DNA from: Candidatus Multivoradales bacterium
Lineage (GTDB): Bacteria; Acidobacteriota; Thermoanaerobaculia; Multivoradales; Multivoraceae
Assembly (NCBI GenBank): GCA_965223325.1
Contig: CBDCWI010000002.1
Span: 608,001 to 672,000 of the forward strand
Length of the DNA: 64,000 nt
Direction: 5' to 3'
Shown: positions 1 through 10,328 of the stretch, one piece after another
Layout of the letters: each line of letters opens with the position of its first letter
Numbering within the stretch: the first letter of the stretch is position 1
Translations under genes and position numbers: made by a program
Notes under the pieces: model-generated
What the model was told of the DNA's origin: nothing
Database searches by the model: none
Seen by the model: the letters and a program-made list of their open reading frames with translations, nothing else

Positions 1-2
1 AG

Positions 3-1424
3 AAGATCCGCGCCCGCCGCAACGTCTCGGACCGCTACCTCGACCACCTGCTCGAGCTCGGCGGAATCACCCGCAGCGACGCCGAAGCGATCATCACCGA
101 AGAAGAAGAACGCCTCGAAGCAGCCATCGAGTCGGCGCGGGAGCTCAAGGAGAAGTCACGGCCCCAGGCCTACGAGGGTCTTTGGACCCCGTACCGAGGC
201 GGCCCCGACAAGGACACCCCCGAGGTTGAAACGGGAGTCGCCAAGAAGGAGCTCGTCGGGCTCCTCGACCGGCTGACGACGCTGCCGGAAGACTTCCACC
301 CAAACCCCAAGATCAAGCGCCTCCTCGAAACCCGTCGCCAGATGATGAGCGGCAAGTTGCCGCTCGACTGGGCAACCGCCGAGGCTGTCGCCTTTGCGAG
401 CCTGCTCGCCGAGGGCTCGCGCGTACGCATCAGTGGCCAGGACGTCGAGCGCGGAACGTTCTCCCACCGGCACATGGTCCTGCACGACGTAGAGAACGGC
501 CAGCTGTACTCGCCGCTCTTACACGTCAGGGAAGGTCAGGGAGCGGTCGACCTGCACAACTCGCCGCTTTCCGAAGGCAGCGTGCTGGGCTTCGAGTATG
601 GCTACAGCCTCGACTGGCCCGACGGATTGGTTGGATGGGAGGCCCAGTTCGGCGACTTTTCGAATGCCGCCCAGGTGATCATCGACCAGTTCATCTCCAG
701 TGCCGAGGACAAGTGGAATCGGCTGAGTGGGCTGACGATGCTCCTGCCCCACGGTTTCGAGGGCCAGGGTCCGGAACATTCGAGCGCTCGGCTCGAGCGT
801 TGGCTCTCGATTGCCGCCGAGGACAACATCCAGGTCGTCTATCCAACGACGCCCGGACAGTACTTCCACCTTCTCAGGCGACAGGTGCGGCGCCCGATTC
901 GCAAGCCCCTCATCGTCATGTCCCCCAAGAGCCTGCTGCGTCACCCGCTGTGCGTCTCGGACCTCGAGACGCTCACCAGAGGTACCTTCGAACGCGTCAT
1001 TCCTGACCACATCGTACGTCAGAAAAAGAACACCAGGCGCATCCTCTTGTGCAGCGGCAAGATCTACTACGACCTGCTCGAAGCCGGGAAGAAGCGTCGC
1101 CCGCGCGATACCGCGATCATTCGCCTCGAGCAGCTCTACCCTCTCGACACCGAGCGTCTGGCGGCAGTGCTCGACGGGTACGACAGGAAGATCCCCGTTG
1201 TCTGGGTGCAGGAAGAACCGCGCAACATGGGTGCCTGGCCCTATCTACGCTTGAACTTCGGAGACCGACTGCTCGGTCGGCGCTTCACAGGCCTGTACCG
1301 CAGCGAGAGCGCCAGTCCTGCCACCGGCTCGGCATCGAGTCACAAGATCGAACAGCGCGAACTGATCGAGTCCGCCTTCGCTAACCTCCCGGCCAAAACC
1401 AGAACCAAGGGGTCCCGCACCTGA
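3..1424 (+). CDS. sucA: 2-oxoglutarate dehydrogenase E1 component (5'-truncated by window)
   Basis: Frame open from nt 3. Motifs LDWATAEAVAFASLL, RISGQDVERGTFSHRH, WEAQFGDFSNAAQ, LPHGFEGQGPEHSSAR, WVQEEPRNMGAW. Precedes sucB and lpd. Confidence 0.97.
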   Translation, partial: KIRARRNVSDRYLDHLLELGGITRSDAEAIITEEEERLEAAIESARELKEKSRPQAYEGLWTPYRGGPDKDTPEVETGVAKKELVGLLDRLTTLPEDFHPNPKIKRLLETRRQMMSGKLPLDWATAEAVAFASLLAEGSRVRISGQDVERGTFSHRHMVLHDVENGQLYSPLLHVREGQGAVDLHNSPLSEGSVLGFEYGYSLDWPDGLVGWEAQFGDFSNAAQVIIDQFISSAEDKWNRLSGLTMLLPHGFEGQGPEHSSARLERWLSIAAEDNIQVVYPTTPGQYFHLLRRQVRRPIRKPLIVMSPKSLLRHPLCVSDLETLTRGTFERVIPDHIVRQKKNTRRILLCSGKIYYDLLEAGKKRRPRDTAIIRLEQLYPLDTERLAAVLDGYDRKIPVVWVQEEPRNMGAWPYLRLNFGDRLLGRRFTGLYRSESASPATGSASSHKIEQRELIESAFANLPAKTRTKGSRT

Positions 1425-1532
1425 CGGTCGGCTTCTGGTGCGTGTGAGGTTTCGGAATCGAACCGAACCACGCTCGAGGCCATGACCAACAAGACGTCAT
1501 AGACGGTCACGCCCCATAGAACCCAGATCGTC

Positions 1533-1554
1533 CCGCCTGCGGCGAGGCGGTTTT
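1533..1554 (+). terminator. Possible weak terminator/attenuator hairpin between sucA and sucB
   Basis: CCGCCT-GCGGCG-AGGCGG stem-loop followed by TTTT. Confidence 0.3.
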
Positions 1555-1576
1555 CGGCGAGCAAGGAAAGAACAAC

Positions 1577-2857
1577 ATGTCGGTCGAAGTCAAGATCCCA
1601 GAGATCGGTGAATCCATCACGGAGGCCTTGATCAGCCGCTGGTTCAAGTCACCCGGCGACTGGATTGATGAGGACGAGCCCATCGCAGAGCTCGAGACCG
1701 ACAAGGTCACCGTCGAGCTCCCCTCGCCTGCGGCCGGCCGCATCGAGTCGTTGGCGATGGGCGAAGGAGACACCGCTCAGGTCGGCGACGTGATCGCAGT
1801 CATCGATAACAAGGCCAAGAAGACGGCCGGAGACGAAGCGCCCGCCGAACCCGCGCCGGTAGAGGAGAAGCCCGCACCGTCGGCGCCAGCGGCGGCGGCA
1901 AGCGCCACCAGCGAACCGGATCCAGAGCAGGCGCCTTCTGGAAAACAAGCGGCGCGCGTGATGCCGGCGGCACAGCGCCTGCTCAGTGAGCACGGCCTCA
2001 GCCCGAGCGATATCACCGGCAGCGGTCCTGGCGGACGCATTCTAAAAGAAGACGTCGAGCGCCTGGTGGCGTCCAAGAGGGGCGCCCCCAAGGTCCAGGC
2101 TTCCGAATCGCCCGGGAGCGGAGGGCAAGAAACTCCTGCTGCACCTCCGACGGGTGAACGCGTCGAAGAAGCGGTGGCCATGACCCCGATCCGCAAGCGC
2201 ATCGCCGAGCGCCTGGTCAGCGCGCAGGAGAACGCGGCCCTCCTGACGACTTTCAATGAGATCGACATGACGGCAGTCAAGCGGCTGCGCAAGAAGTACC
2301 AGGAGAGTTTCGTTGCAAAGAACGGCTTCAAGCTCGGCTTCATGTCGTTCTTCGTCAAAGCCTCGATCGAGGGATTGCGTGAGTTCCCGCAGATCAACGC
2401 CGAGATTCGCGATGAGCACATCATCTATCGCAACTACTACGACGTCGGCATCGCCGTCAGCACGCCGCGCGGCCTGATGGTTCCGGTCGTCCGCAACGCC
2501 GAGCGCTTGAGCTTCGCCGAGATCGAAAACACGATTTCGGAGTACGCGGGCCGAGCGCGCGAGGGCAAGATCCAGCTCGCCGACCTCGAGGGGGGCACCT
2601 TCACGATCACCAACGGCGGCATCTTCGGGTCGATGCTCTCGACCCCGATCATCAACCCGCCGCAGAGTGGCGTGCTCGGCTTGCACGCGATCCAGGATCG
2701 CCCCGTCGTCCTCGACGGAGAGATCGTCATCCGCCCGATGATGTACGTTGCGCTCACCTACGACCATCGCATCGTCGACGGTCGTGAGGCGGTGACCTTC
2801 CTCCGGCGCGTCAAAGAAACCATCGAGGATCCGACCCGGATCCTGCTCGAAGTCTAA
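1577..2857 (+). CDS. sucB: Dihydrolipoyllysine succinyltransferase E2
   Basis: Lipoyl motif ELETDKVTVE, E3-binding domain (GSGPGGRILKEDV), catalytic YDHRIVDGREAV. RBS AAGGAAAG upstream. Confidence 0.97.
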   Translation: MSVEVKIPEIGESITEALISRWFKSPGDWIDEDEPIAELETDKVTVELPSPAAGRIESLAMGEGDTAQVGDVIAVIDNKAKKTAGDEAPAEPAPVEEKPAPSAPAAAASATSEPDPEQAPSGKQAARVMPAAQRLLSEHGLSPSDITGSGPGGRILKEDVERLVASKRGAPKVQASESPGSGGQETPAAPPTGERVEEAVAMTPIRKRIAERLVSAQENAALLTTFNEIDMTAVKRLRKKYQESFVAKNGFKLGFMSFFVKASIEGLREFPQINAEIRDEHIIYRNYYDVGIAVSTPRGLMVPVVRNAERLSFAEIENTISEYAGRAREGKIQLADLEGGTFTITNGGIFGSMLSTPIINPPQSGVLGLHAIQDRPVVLDGEIVIRPMMYVALTYDHRIVDGREAVTFLRRVKETIEDPTRILLEV

Positions 2858-2866
2858 GGGGTCACC

Positions 2867-4282
2867 GTGGCACAAACTCTCGATCTGATCGTTGTCGGCG
2901 CCGGTCCCGGCGGCTACATCGCAGCCATACGCGCTGCGCAACTCGGAATGAAGGTCGCGTGCGTCGACGAGAACGCGGCGCTCGGCGGGACCTGCCTGCG
3001 GGTTGGCTGCATTCCATCGAAGGCGCTACTCGAGTCGAGTGAACTGCTGGTCGAAGCGCGCGACCACGCGTCGGCTCACGGCATCCAGACGGGGCGGGTC
3101 AAGCTCGACCTGGATGCGATGATGAAGCGCAAGAACAAGGTCGTGGCGACCCTCACCAGGGGTGTCGCGGCGCTGTTCAAGAAGAACGGCGTCGAGTCGA
3201 TCAAGGGCCGCGGCCGCCTGGTCTCCGCCAAGGACGGCGAGGTCACCCTCGAGATCAGCGAGGGCCGCGGCAAGACGGCCAAGAATACGACGCTCACGGC
3301 CAAGCGGGTGATTCTCGCGCCAGGCACCCGTCCTGCCACCCTTCCTGGCATAGAGCTCGACGGTGACCGCATCGGGAGCAACGTCGAAGCTCTCTCATGG
3401 TCCTCGGTACCCAAGCGCCTGATCGTGATCGGCGCGGGCTACATCGGCCTCGAGCTCGGTTCGGTGTGGAACCGCCTGGGGTCTGAGGTCATCGTTCTCG
3501 AGTACCTCGATCGCATCCTTCCCGGCGCAGACGCTGAGATGGCGCGCTCGGCCCAGAAGATCTTCGAGAGCCAGGGGATCGAATTCCGACTCGGTACACG
3601 GGTCACCGGCGCCGTCTTGTCGGGCAAGACCAAGGTCAAGGTCGAAGCCGAAGGCAGCGAGCCGCTGGTCGCCGACCGTCTCCTGGTTGCCGTCGGGCGA
3701 GTACCTGCCACCTCTGACCTCGGGCTCGACGAGGTCGGCGTCGTGGTTGATGCGCGCGGTACGATCGAGGTCGACTCCGACTACCGCACAGCCGCACCCG
3801 GGGTCTACGCAATCGGCGACGCGATCGGCGGTCCTCAACTGGCGCACAAGGCCGAAGAAGAGGGCGTCGCCTGTGTCGAGAAGATCGCCCTCGGCTACGG
3901 CCACGTGAACTACGCCGCCATCCCCGGCGTTTGTTACACCCATCCCGAGCTCGCCGCCGTCGGCCCTTCCGAAGAGCAGCTCGAGGCCGACGGGGTCCCC
4001 TACCGCCAGGGCAAGTTCCCGTTCCGGGCCAACGGCCGCGCCCGCGCACTGGGCGAGCTCGAGGGTATGGTCAAGATGCTGGTCCACGAAGAGACCGATC
4101 GCATCCTCGCGGTTCACATCCTCGGCGCGCGCGCCGGTGACATGATCGCCGAAGCGGTAGCCGCAATCGAGTTCCAGGCAACGGCCGAAGATCTCTACCG
4201 GACGTCACACGCCCATCCGACCCTGGCAGAGTGCCTCAAGGAAGCTGCCCTGGCGACCGCCGGTAGAACGCTCAACCTCTAG
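2867..4282 (+). CDS. lpdA: Dihydrolipoyl dehydrogenase E3
   Basis: GAGPGGY, redox disulfide GGTCLRVGCIPSK, GAGYIGLE, HAHPTLAE. Confidence 0.97.
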   Translation: MAQTLDLIVVGAGPGGYIAAIRAAQLGMKVACVDENAALGGTCLRVGCIPSKALLESSELLVEARDHASAHGIQTGRVKLDLDAMMKRKNKVVATLTRGVAALFKKNGVESIKGRGRLVSAKDGEVTLEISEGRGKTAKNTTLTAKRVILAPGTRPATLPGIELDGDRIGSNVEALSWSSVPKRLIVIGAGYIGLELGSVWNRLGSEVIVLEYLDRILPGADAEMARSAQKIFESQGIEFRLGTRVTGAVLSGKTKVKVEAEGSEPLVADRLLVAVGRVPATSDLGLDEVGVVVDARGTIEVDSDYRTAAPGVYAIGDAIGGPQLAHKAEEEGVACVEKIALGYGHVNYAAIPGVCYTHPELAAVGPSEEQLEADGVPYRQGKFPFRANGRARALGELEGMVKMLVHEETDRILAVHILGARAGDMIAEAVAAIEFQATAEDLYRTSHAHPTLAECLKEAALATAGRTLNL

Positions 4283-4294
4283 CACCTGGCCCGC

Positions 4295-5230
4295 CTAGAG
4301 CCCGCCGGTGATCTCGACCGAGGCTTTGGGCAACCAGCCTTGATCTCCCTCCGGAAGAGCGATGCGCACCCATTCCTCGCGCGTTTCGAGCACCACCAGC
4401 TCGGCACCGTCATGCAGGCGGAAGCGCACCACGCTCGCCCGGTCGGTTCCCGAGTAGGCCTCGACTTCCGGAGCGGTGACGACCGCCACTTCACCTGGTG
4501 CAGCCTCCGAAATGACCAGCGACCCCACCGCGGCGGCCAGCGGAACCGCCGCGGTGATCGCCACCCAGCGCGTCCACTCGCTCCCGCGAAAGAGGCCGTA
4601 GCCGAGGGCAGCACAGAGCACGATCATCGCGGCTCCTCCGACCAGCTGCAGGCCTCGCCGGCTGAACCCGTAGTGCCAGAAGAAGAGCGTGCGTGCAAGC
4701 GGCGTAGGCCCGGGCGGTGCGAGCTGATCGGCCGTCTGCCCACGGGCGAAGTCGAGGTTGGCGCGCGCTTCGGGATCGTTGGGAGCATCGTCGAGAGAAC
4801 GGCGGTAGGCCGCGATCGCCCCACCGAGCTCGCCGTTGCGCAGACGCGCATTGCCCAGGTTGTAGTGCACTGCCCGATCTCCGTAGCCGGCATCGACGAG
4901 GCTCTGGAAGAGCTCGACTGCCTGCTCGAAGCGCCCACCTTCATAGGCGTCGTTGGCGCGTACGAATGCCTCGACGGCCCCGGAGCGGTCGACGATGGCA
5001 GGCGCGCCGTCACCTTCCTCTGGAGCACTCGCCTGCTCCCCGGCCAGGACGACCGACGGTGCTGTCGGGCGCTCGCCTTCTGAAGCCTGCGCACCCTGAT
5101 CATCCGACCCGACGATCAGTGCTGCGCCGGCCTCCGGCTCGACCTCCTGTGCACCGATACCGAGGGCTGCCGTGAGAAAGACGGCGAGCGCCAGGGATGC
5201 AGGAGCTGCTCTCCGCTTGTGAATGATCAC
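4295..5230 (-). CDS. batE: BatE-like TPR + membrane + SH3 protein
   Basis: Signal peptide, TPR (VHYNLGNARLR...EARANL), two TM segments, C-terminal SH3-like LHDGAEL...WVRIALPEGDQGWLP. Last gene of the Bat operon. Confidence 0.8.
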   Translation of the reverse strand: MIIHKRRAAPASLALAVFLTAALGIGAQEVEPEAGAALIVGSDDQGAQASEGERPTAPSVVLAGEQASAPEEGDGAPAIVDRSGAVEAFVRANDAYEGGRFEQAVELFQSLVDAGYGDRAVHYNLGNARLRNGELGGAIAAYRRSLDDAPNDPEARANLDFARGQTADQLAPPGPTPLARTLFFWHYGFSRRGLQLVGGAAMIVLCAALGYGLFRGSEWTRWVAITAAVPLAAAVGSLVISEAAPGEVAVVTAPEVEAYSGTDRASVVRFRLHDGAELVVLETREEWVRIALPEGDQGWLPKASVEITGGL

Positions 5231-7137
5231 GCTTTCCTCCTCTTCTTCTTTCGCATCGCCGACTCGAGCTCGCCGATCAGCGCCTCGATGCCGCGCCCTC
5301 CGGCCCCACCGGGGTTCGCGCCGCCGAACCGGGCGGCCTCGAGACGGTCGAGGATCTCGCGCACCCTGCGCGCCAGGGCCTCCGGCACGCCGGCACCGAG
5401 CAGTCGCTCCTCTGCTTCGGGTGGCGTTAGGGCAGCACCCGGCGCACCGGTGCGATCACCGATGTAGCCGCGCAGAATCAAAGAGGTGCGCTCGGCTCGC
5501 TCACCCGCCGATAGTTCGGTTGCACTCTCGAGCTGCTGGGCGTCGGCACGCGCCCGACGCGCGGCGGTCTCGCGTCGCTTGAGTCCGAGGTCCCTCGAGT
5601 AACGCTCCTGGCGCTTCCGCCAGAACCAGAGCCCGAGGAGAACCAGCGGCGGAACGATCCAAGCAAGAGCCACCACAAACCGCTCCAGGCTCCAGCCCCG
5701 GCCGCTTCCGAGAGCATCAGCGTCGCGAACGATCGGACGGATGTCGTCACCGACGATCTGCACCGTCGCGCGACCCGGTCGACTGCCACCCTCGGTCAGC
5801 CGAAGATCCTCGGCGCCATCGGACGGTGCGACGTCGAGCGTGATGCCTTCGGTGCGTTTGCGCTCGTAGCGCTCGGCATCCGGGTCGAACCACACCAACT
5901 CGACGGGGTCGAGTGCGAGCTCACCCTCTCGCACCGGCACCAGCGCTTTGCGGTAGACCTTGCTGCCCCGCAGTTTGCTCGTCGAACGATCGAGCGAACT
6001 GGTTGGCCGGTCGTCGTAGACCTTGAAGTCGCTCAAGTCTGGGAACGTTGGCGGCGAGATCATGTGAGCGTTGCCAGATCCCGACACGGTCACCTCGAGG
6101 GTGGTCGACTCCCCCACCGCCAACTCGACGCGACTTACCGCCGCCTGCACGTCGAAGTCACCGACCAGACCAGAAAAATCGTTGGGTGGCTCGGGCAGCC
6201 GGCGGGCGGTGATCTGGATCGGAGTCGAGCGCAGGACTTCGGTGCGCAGTTGCCCGCGCGACATGAAGTCGTCGAAGACCGAGCGCCGGCGTCGACGGGT
6301 TTCGGTGCGCACCCCGACGGTCAGCTTCGATGCCGGGATGGTGAAGGTCCCTGGGCGCTGGGCGAACAGCGCCTTGCGAATCTCACTGACCATGTACTGA
6401 ACACCGTTGACCGTCGTCTGATACTCCCGCACCTCGCCCAGGTCCTCGGCAACCAGATCTGGAAAGTCGAGGGTCTCGAGTCGCGGATCGGCAATCGCGA
6501 CGCGTCGGTAGAAGCGCCAGGTGAACAGCACCTGCTCGCCGACGTAGGGGTTGGCCTTACTGACCCGGGCGGTGACAAACAGGTTACGGTCGTTGGTCGG
6601 CACAGCGCTCGCCTCAACGACCCGAATGCTGAACGGTCGCGTCGAATAGGGCTGACCGCTGATCGCGACCGTCACCGCGGGCACGACGAACTCGCCGGCA
6701 CCCTTCGGGATCAAGAGGTAGTCGAAGGAAATGCCCTGGCTCACCCGACCGTTGACGATCGACATCTCACTGCGGCGCCCCGCCGACACGACGTCGAAGC
6801 CAGGCATCTCGGGCAGCACCGGCTCCGCGTCGGGGTTGCCTTCGACGCGCACACTCAGCCGCACCTGTTCGTCGGCCGCGACCTGATTGCGGTCGACCGT
6901 AGCCTGGATCGCCTGGCCCTGGCTGGCCGCCGCCACCGCTGCCAGCACGAGGAGCTGAACGAGCACCAGAAGGCGACCCGCGAAATCCCAGAACCTCCCC
7001 AGTCGTTTCCCAGTCGATCGCCCGGCGCACGCCCGGCGGTTGCCCGGCGCATGCCCGGCGGTTGCCAGGCCCCGCCAGCGAGCTCTGGCCAGGAAACGGG
7101 GACGCTCCGAGCCACCTTCAAGGGACATGGGCATCAC
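5227..7137 (-). CDS. batD: BatD family protein
   Basis: Repeated BatD-type beta domains (ATVDRNQV, YVGEQV, FSGLVGDF, VSGSGN), C-terminal TM. GTGA overlaps with neighbours. Exact start uncertain. Confidence 0.85.
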   Translation of the reverse strand: MMPMSLEGGSERPRFLARARWRGLATAGHAPGNRRACAGRSTGKRLGRFWDFAGRLLVLVQLLVLAAVAAASQGQAIQATVDRNQVAADEQVRLSVRVEGNPDAEPVLPEMPGFDVVSAGRRSEMSIVNGRVSQGISFDYLLIPKGAGEFVVPAVTVAISGQPYSTRPFSIRVVEASAVPTNDRNLFVTARVSKANPYVGEQVLFTWRFYRRVAIADPRLETLDFPDLVAEDLGEVREYQTTVNGVQYMVSEIRKALFAQRPGTFTIPASKLTVGVRTETRRRRRSVFDDFMSRGQLRTEVLRSTPIQITARRLPEPPNDFSGLVGDFDVQAAVSRVELAVGESTTLEVTVSGSGNAHMISPPTFPDLSDFKVYDDRPTSSLDRSTSKLRGSKVYRKALVPVREGELALDPVELVWFDPDAERYERKRTEGITLDVAPSDGAEDLRLTEGGSRPGRATVQIVGDDIRPIVRDADALGSGRGWSLERFVVALAWIVPPLVLLGLWFWRKRQERYSRDLGLKRRETAARRARADAQQLESATELSAGERAERTSLILRGYIGDRTGAPGAALTPPEAEERLLGAGVPEALARRVREILDRLEAARFGGANPGGAGGRGIEALIGELESAMRKKKRRKA

Positions 7138-8162
7138 CAGTCCTTCCCTGACCGGGTGCGCTTCTTGCCGCCACGCTCGCGAGCCGGGCGCTGTTCTTCG
7201 AGGGCGTCGAGGAGCCGCTGTGCCTGCTCGGGGGAAAGCTGCCCGCTGCGCGACTGGCCACCCTCGGCCATCTGAGACTGCGCCTCGGCACCATCGGGTT
7301 GGCCGTCGTCATCGCTGTCACGGTCATTCGGATCGGTCTCACCTGGATCCACCCTACCGTTGCGATTCTTGTCCTCTTCACCATCGGCCAGACCGTCGCG
7401 ATCGCTGTCGGGGTTGTTGGGATCAGTCGGGTTCTCCGCCGACTGCTCGGTTTGATCGGGCAGTCCGTCGCCGTCGGTGTCTTGTCCACCTTCTCGGTTC
7501 TCGCCCTCGTTCGGCTCTTCGCCTTCACCCTGGTCCCCGTCCTGACCTTCGTCGTTCTGCTCGCCGTCCCCTGAGTCCCGCTTGTCGCCCTCGCCTTCGC
7601 CGTCTTCTGACTCTTCGTCTTCGCTCGGCTGATCCTCCGGTGACGGCTCCTCTTTCGGCTGCTGCGATTGCTGCTGCTGCTGCTCGAGCATCCGGCGGGC
7701 GTACTCGAGATTCCACTTGGCATCTTCGTCCTCGGGCACCAGTTCGAGCGCTCGCTTGTAGTTCTCCACCGCGTCGGCCAGCGCGCCCTGTCGGAAGGCG
7801 ACGTTGCCGAGGTTGTAGAGCGCTTCGCTGCGCACTGCCGGGTCATCGCTGGTGGTCGCGCGGCGAAAGGCAGCCGCTGCTCCCTCGAAATCTTCGAGTC
7901 GATAGCGCGCACTGCCGAGGTTGTTCCAGACCCGCGGATCGTCCGGCCGTGCAACCTGCTCTTCGAGAAACCCCTCGAGCGCCGCAGGGTAGTCGCCGGC
8001 CTCCCAGGCGTCGTAGGGATCGTCACTGCGAGCGATCTCGCCAGTCTGAGCGTTCAGCGGAGAACCGAGAACCAGCCAACAACAGGCGAACAAGACACCC
8101 AGAGCCATGCGAACCGGGGCGCTCTGACTCGAGAGCTCGAGGAAGACGCTAGGCCGCCACAT
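7134..8162 (-). CDS. batC: BatC-like TPR protein with Gln/acidic tail and Ca-binding-type repeats
   Basis: TPRs (WNNLGSARYR, LYNLGNVAFR, AKWNLE), Q/E-rich linker, typical end AQRLLDALEE...KDW. Start placed at ATG 8162 behind RBS GAGGAGGT. Confidence 0.85.
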   Translation of the reverse strand: MWRPSVFLELSSQSAPVRMALGVLFACCWLVLGSPLNAQTGEIARSDDPYDAWEAGDYPAALEGFLEEQVARPDDPRVWNNLGSARYRLEDFEGAAAAFRRATTSDDPAVRSEALYNLGNVAFRQGALADAVENYKRALELVPEDEDAKWNLEYARRMLEQQQQQSQQPKEEPSPEDQPSEDEESEDGEGEGDKRDSGDGEQNDEGQDGDQGEGEEPNEGENREGGQDTDGDGLPDQTEQSAENPTDPNNPDSDRDGLADGEEDKNRNGRVDPGETDPNDRDSDDDGQPDGAEAQSQMAEGGQSRSGQLSPEQAQRLLDALEEQRPARERGGKKRTRSGKDW

Positions 8163-9303
8163 CAGGCACCTCCTCAATCTGAACCTCATTCTGGCGAACT
8201 CCCCGTCTTTCTCGACCCCGCACCCGGCGCCCTTCGGGAATCAGCGGACCGAGCATGAGAAACAGGAGCGCTGCCCCAACCAGCCATTGAAAACGATCTT
8301 CGTACTGCTTGCGGCGACGGGTTTCGAGATCAGCCTCGGCCAGGGTCGCCTTGATGCCCTCTAGATAGATCTCTTCGAGGTCGAGGTCACCGGTCACCGA
8401 GCGCACGTAGCGCCCACCGGTCTCGAGGGCGAGGCGCTGCAGGGTCGGCTCGTCGAGGCGACTGAGGATCATCTCACCGCGAGCGTCGCGACGGAAGCCA
8501 CCGCCAGGCCGTGGTATCGGCGCGCCGCTGTCCTGGCCAATGCCGATTGCAAACACCCGAACTTCAGCTGCCGCCACCTGCTCGAGCATTGCGTCGAGGC
8601 CCCCTTCGTGGTTCTCGCCGTCGGTGATCAGGATGATGGCGCGCTCTGCCTCCGACTCGAGTTCGAAGGCGTCGAGCGAGACGCGCAGCGCCTCACCCAG
8701 GTCAGTCCCCTGCACGGGCATCAGCTCGGTGTCCAGGTCGTCGAGGAACAGCTCGGCCGCCGAGTAGTCGAGGGTGAGCGGCAGCTCGAGAAAGGCGGTG
8801 CCCGCAAACGCCACCAGAGCCACCCGGTCGCCCTTCATCAAACGCAGGAGATCGGCAATCTCGCGCCGCGCGCGTTCGATCCTCGTCAGCTCGTCGGAGG
8901 CCGCAGCGTCCTGGACGAGCATCGATTCGGAGACGTCGAGCGCTACCACGACGTCGACTCCTCGGCGTCTGATCTCTTGCCAGGTGAAGCCGTACTGGAA
9001 GCCCGCCATCGCCAAAGCGAGAAGGCCGACGGACGCCACCAGGAGAGTCGCCCGCAACCGCCGACGAGCCGAGCTAGCGCCCTCTTCGATACGACCGATG
9101 ACCGCTGGGCTGCCAAACCGCTCCAGCAGGCGTCGGCGGGCGCGACCGCTCCAGATGAAGAACACCACCAGCGCCGGCGCCAGCCATAACGCCCAGAGCA
9201 GACCGGGGCGCTCGAACCGTGCGTCGCAACCGGCCAGCGTTGCCAGGAGCGGTAGGAGCCAGAGCACCAGGGCACGATCGTTCAGGCGGCGGGCGTTCGT
9301 CAT
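8149..9303 (-). CDS. batB: BatB-like VWA domain membrane protein
   Basis: MIDAS DVSESM, FAGTAF..LPLTLDY, ITDGENH, N- and C-terminal TM. Confidence 0.88.
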   Translation of the reverse strand: MTNARRLNDRALVLWLLPLLATLAGCDARFERPGLLWALWLAPALVVFFIWSGRARRRLLERFGSPAVIGRIEEGASSARRRLRATLLVASVGLLALAMAGFQYGFTWQEIRRRGVDVVVALDVSESMLVQDAAASDELTRIERARREIADLLRLMKGDRVALVAFAGTAFLELPLTLDYSAAELFLDDLDTELMPVQGTDLGEALRVSLDAFELESEAERAIILITDGENHEGGLDAMLEQVAAAEVRVFAIGIGQDSGAPIPRPGGGFRRDARGEMILSRLDEPTLQRLALETGGRYVRSVTGDLDLEEIYLEGIKATLAEADLETRRRKQYEDRFQWLVGAALLFLMLGPLIPEGRRVRGRERRGVRQNEVQIEEVPDVAA

Positions 9304-10328
9304 GGCAACCTCCGCAGCCTCGAGTTGAGCAGCACGGTCTCGAGCAGCAACAGAAGAAGCGCCGGGAACACGGCGAAACGGTAGCGCTCGGTGGTTTCCA
9401 GGAACCTCTGCATTGAGATCTCGGTGCGCTCGAGCTCGTCGATCTCCTCATAGATCAACTGCAAAGCCTCGGCGTCCTCGGCCCTGAAGTAGCGGCCGCC
9501 GGTGCGATCCGCCATCAGTTGCAGCGTGTCTTCATCGATCATGTTGGGTTGGTGAAAGACCTGCGGTCCGCGGCCGGTCTGCACCAGGAACGGAGCATCG
9601 CCACGCACGCCCGCGCCGATCGCATAGATTCGCACACCCTCGGTCGCCGCCACTTCGGCAGCCGTCGAAGGCGCCAGCGAACCGGCGTTGTTGACACCGT
9701 CGGTCAACAGGACGATCACTTTCGACTCGGCCTCGGAATCGCGCAGCCTCTTCACCGCCGTGCCCACCGCACTGCCGAGCGCCGTTGCGTCTCCTGCGAC
9801 GCCGATCTCCACCCGCTCCAGGAACGTCGCCAACACGTCGTGATCGAGGGTCAGCGGAAGCTGAGTGAAGGCCTGGGCGCCAAACACCACCAGGCCGATC
9901 TGGTCGTTCTCGCGCCCGGCGGCGAACCGCGTCACCACCTCCTTGGCGACCTGCAGTCGGTTGCGGCGCTTGCTGATGTCACGGTCGGAGTCGAGATCGC
10001 GCGCCTCCATCGACCCAGACGTGTCGAGGACCAGCATGATGTCGATGCCCACCGTATTGACCTCGGTGAGCGTCTTGCCGGTCTGCGGCCGCAGCATCGC
10101 CAACATCAAGAGTGCGACCACCAGAACTCGTAGGAGTGAAACCGCGCGCCGCGCCCACACTCGCCAGCCGGGTCGCGCATCGGCCAGACGACCGAGGCTC
10201 GAGTAGCGCAGCACGGGCGACTGTGTGGCCCGTGCGATCAGGAACCAAAGCAGCAGCCACAACAAGAAGAGAGGAGCCAAGACGGTGATCAACCCCGGGC
10301 TGGCGAAGAAGAAGGAGTCGGGCAGCAC
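9300..10328 (-). CDS. batA: BatA-like VWA domain membrane protein
   Basis: MIDAS DTSGSM, PLTLDH, LLTDGVNN, TGGRYFRA, IYEEIDELE. Confidence 0.9.
   Translation of the reverse strand: MLPDSFFFASPGLITVLAPLFLLWLLLWFLIARATQSPVLRYSSLGRLADARPGWRVWARRAVSLLRVLVVALLMLAMLRPQTGKTLTEVNTVGIDIMLVLDTSGSMEARDLDSDRDISKRRNRLQVAKEVVTRFAAGRENDQIGLVVFGAQAFTQLPLTLDHDVLATFLERVEIGVAGDATALGSAVGTAVKRLRDSEAESKVIVLLTDGVNNAGSLAPSTAAEVAATEGVRIYAIGAGVRGDAPFLVQTGRGPQVFHQPNMIDEDTLQLMADRTGGRYFRAEDAEALQLIYEEIDELERTEISMQRFLETTERYRFAVFPALLLLLLETVLLNSRLRRLP

Noticed and set aside
7659-7686. CTG/CAG triplet run as a contingency repeat
   Set aside because: It encodes the ordinary poly-Gln linker of BatC and is in frame, so no phase variation is expected.
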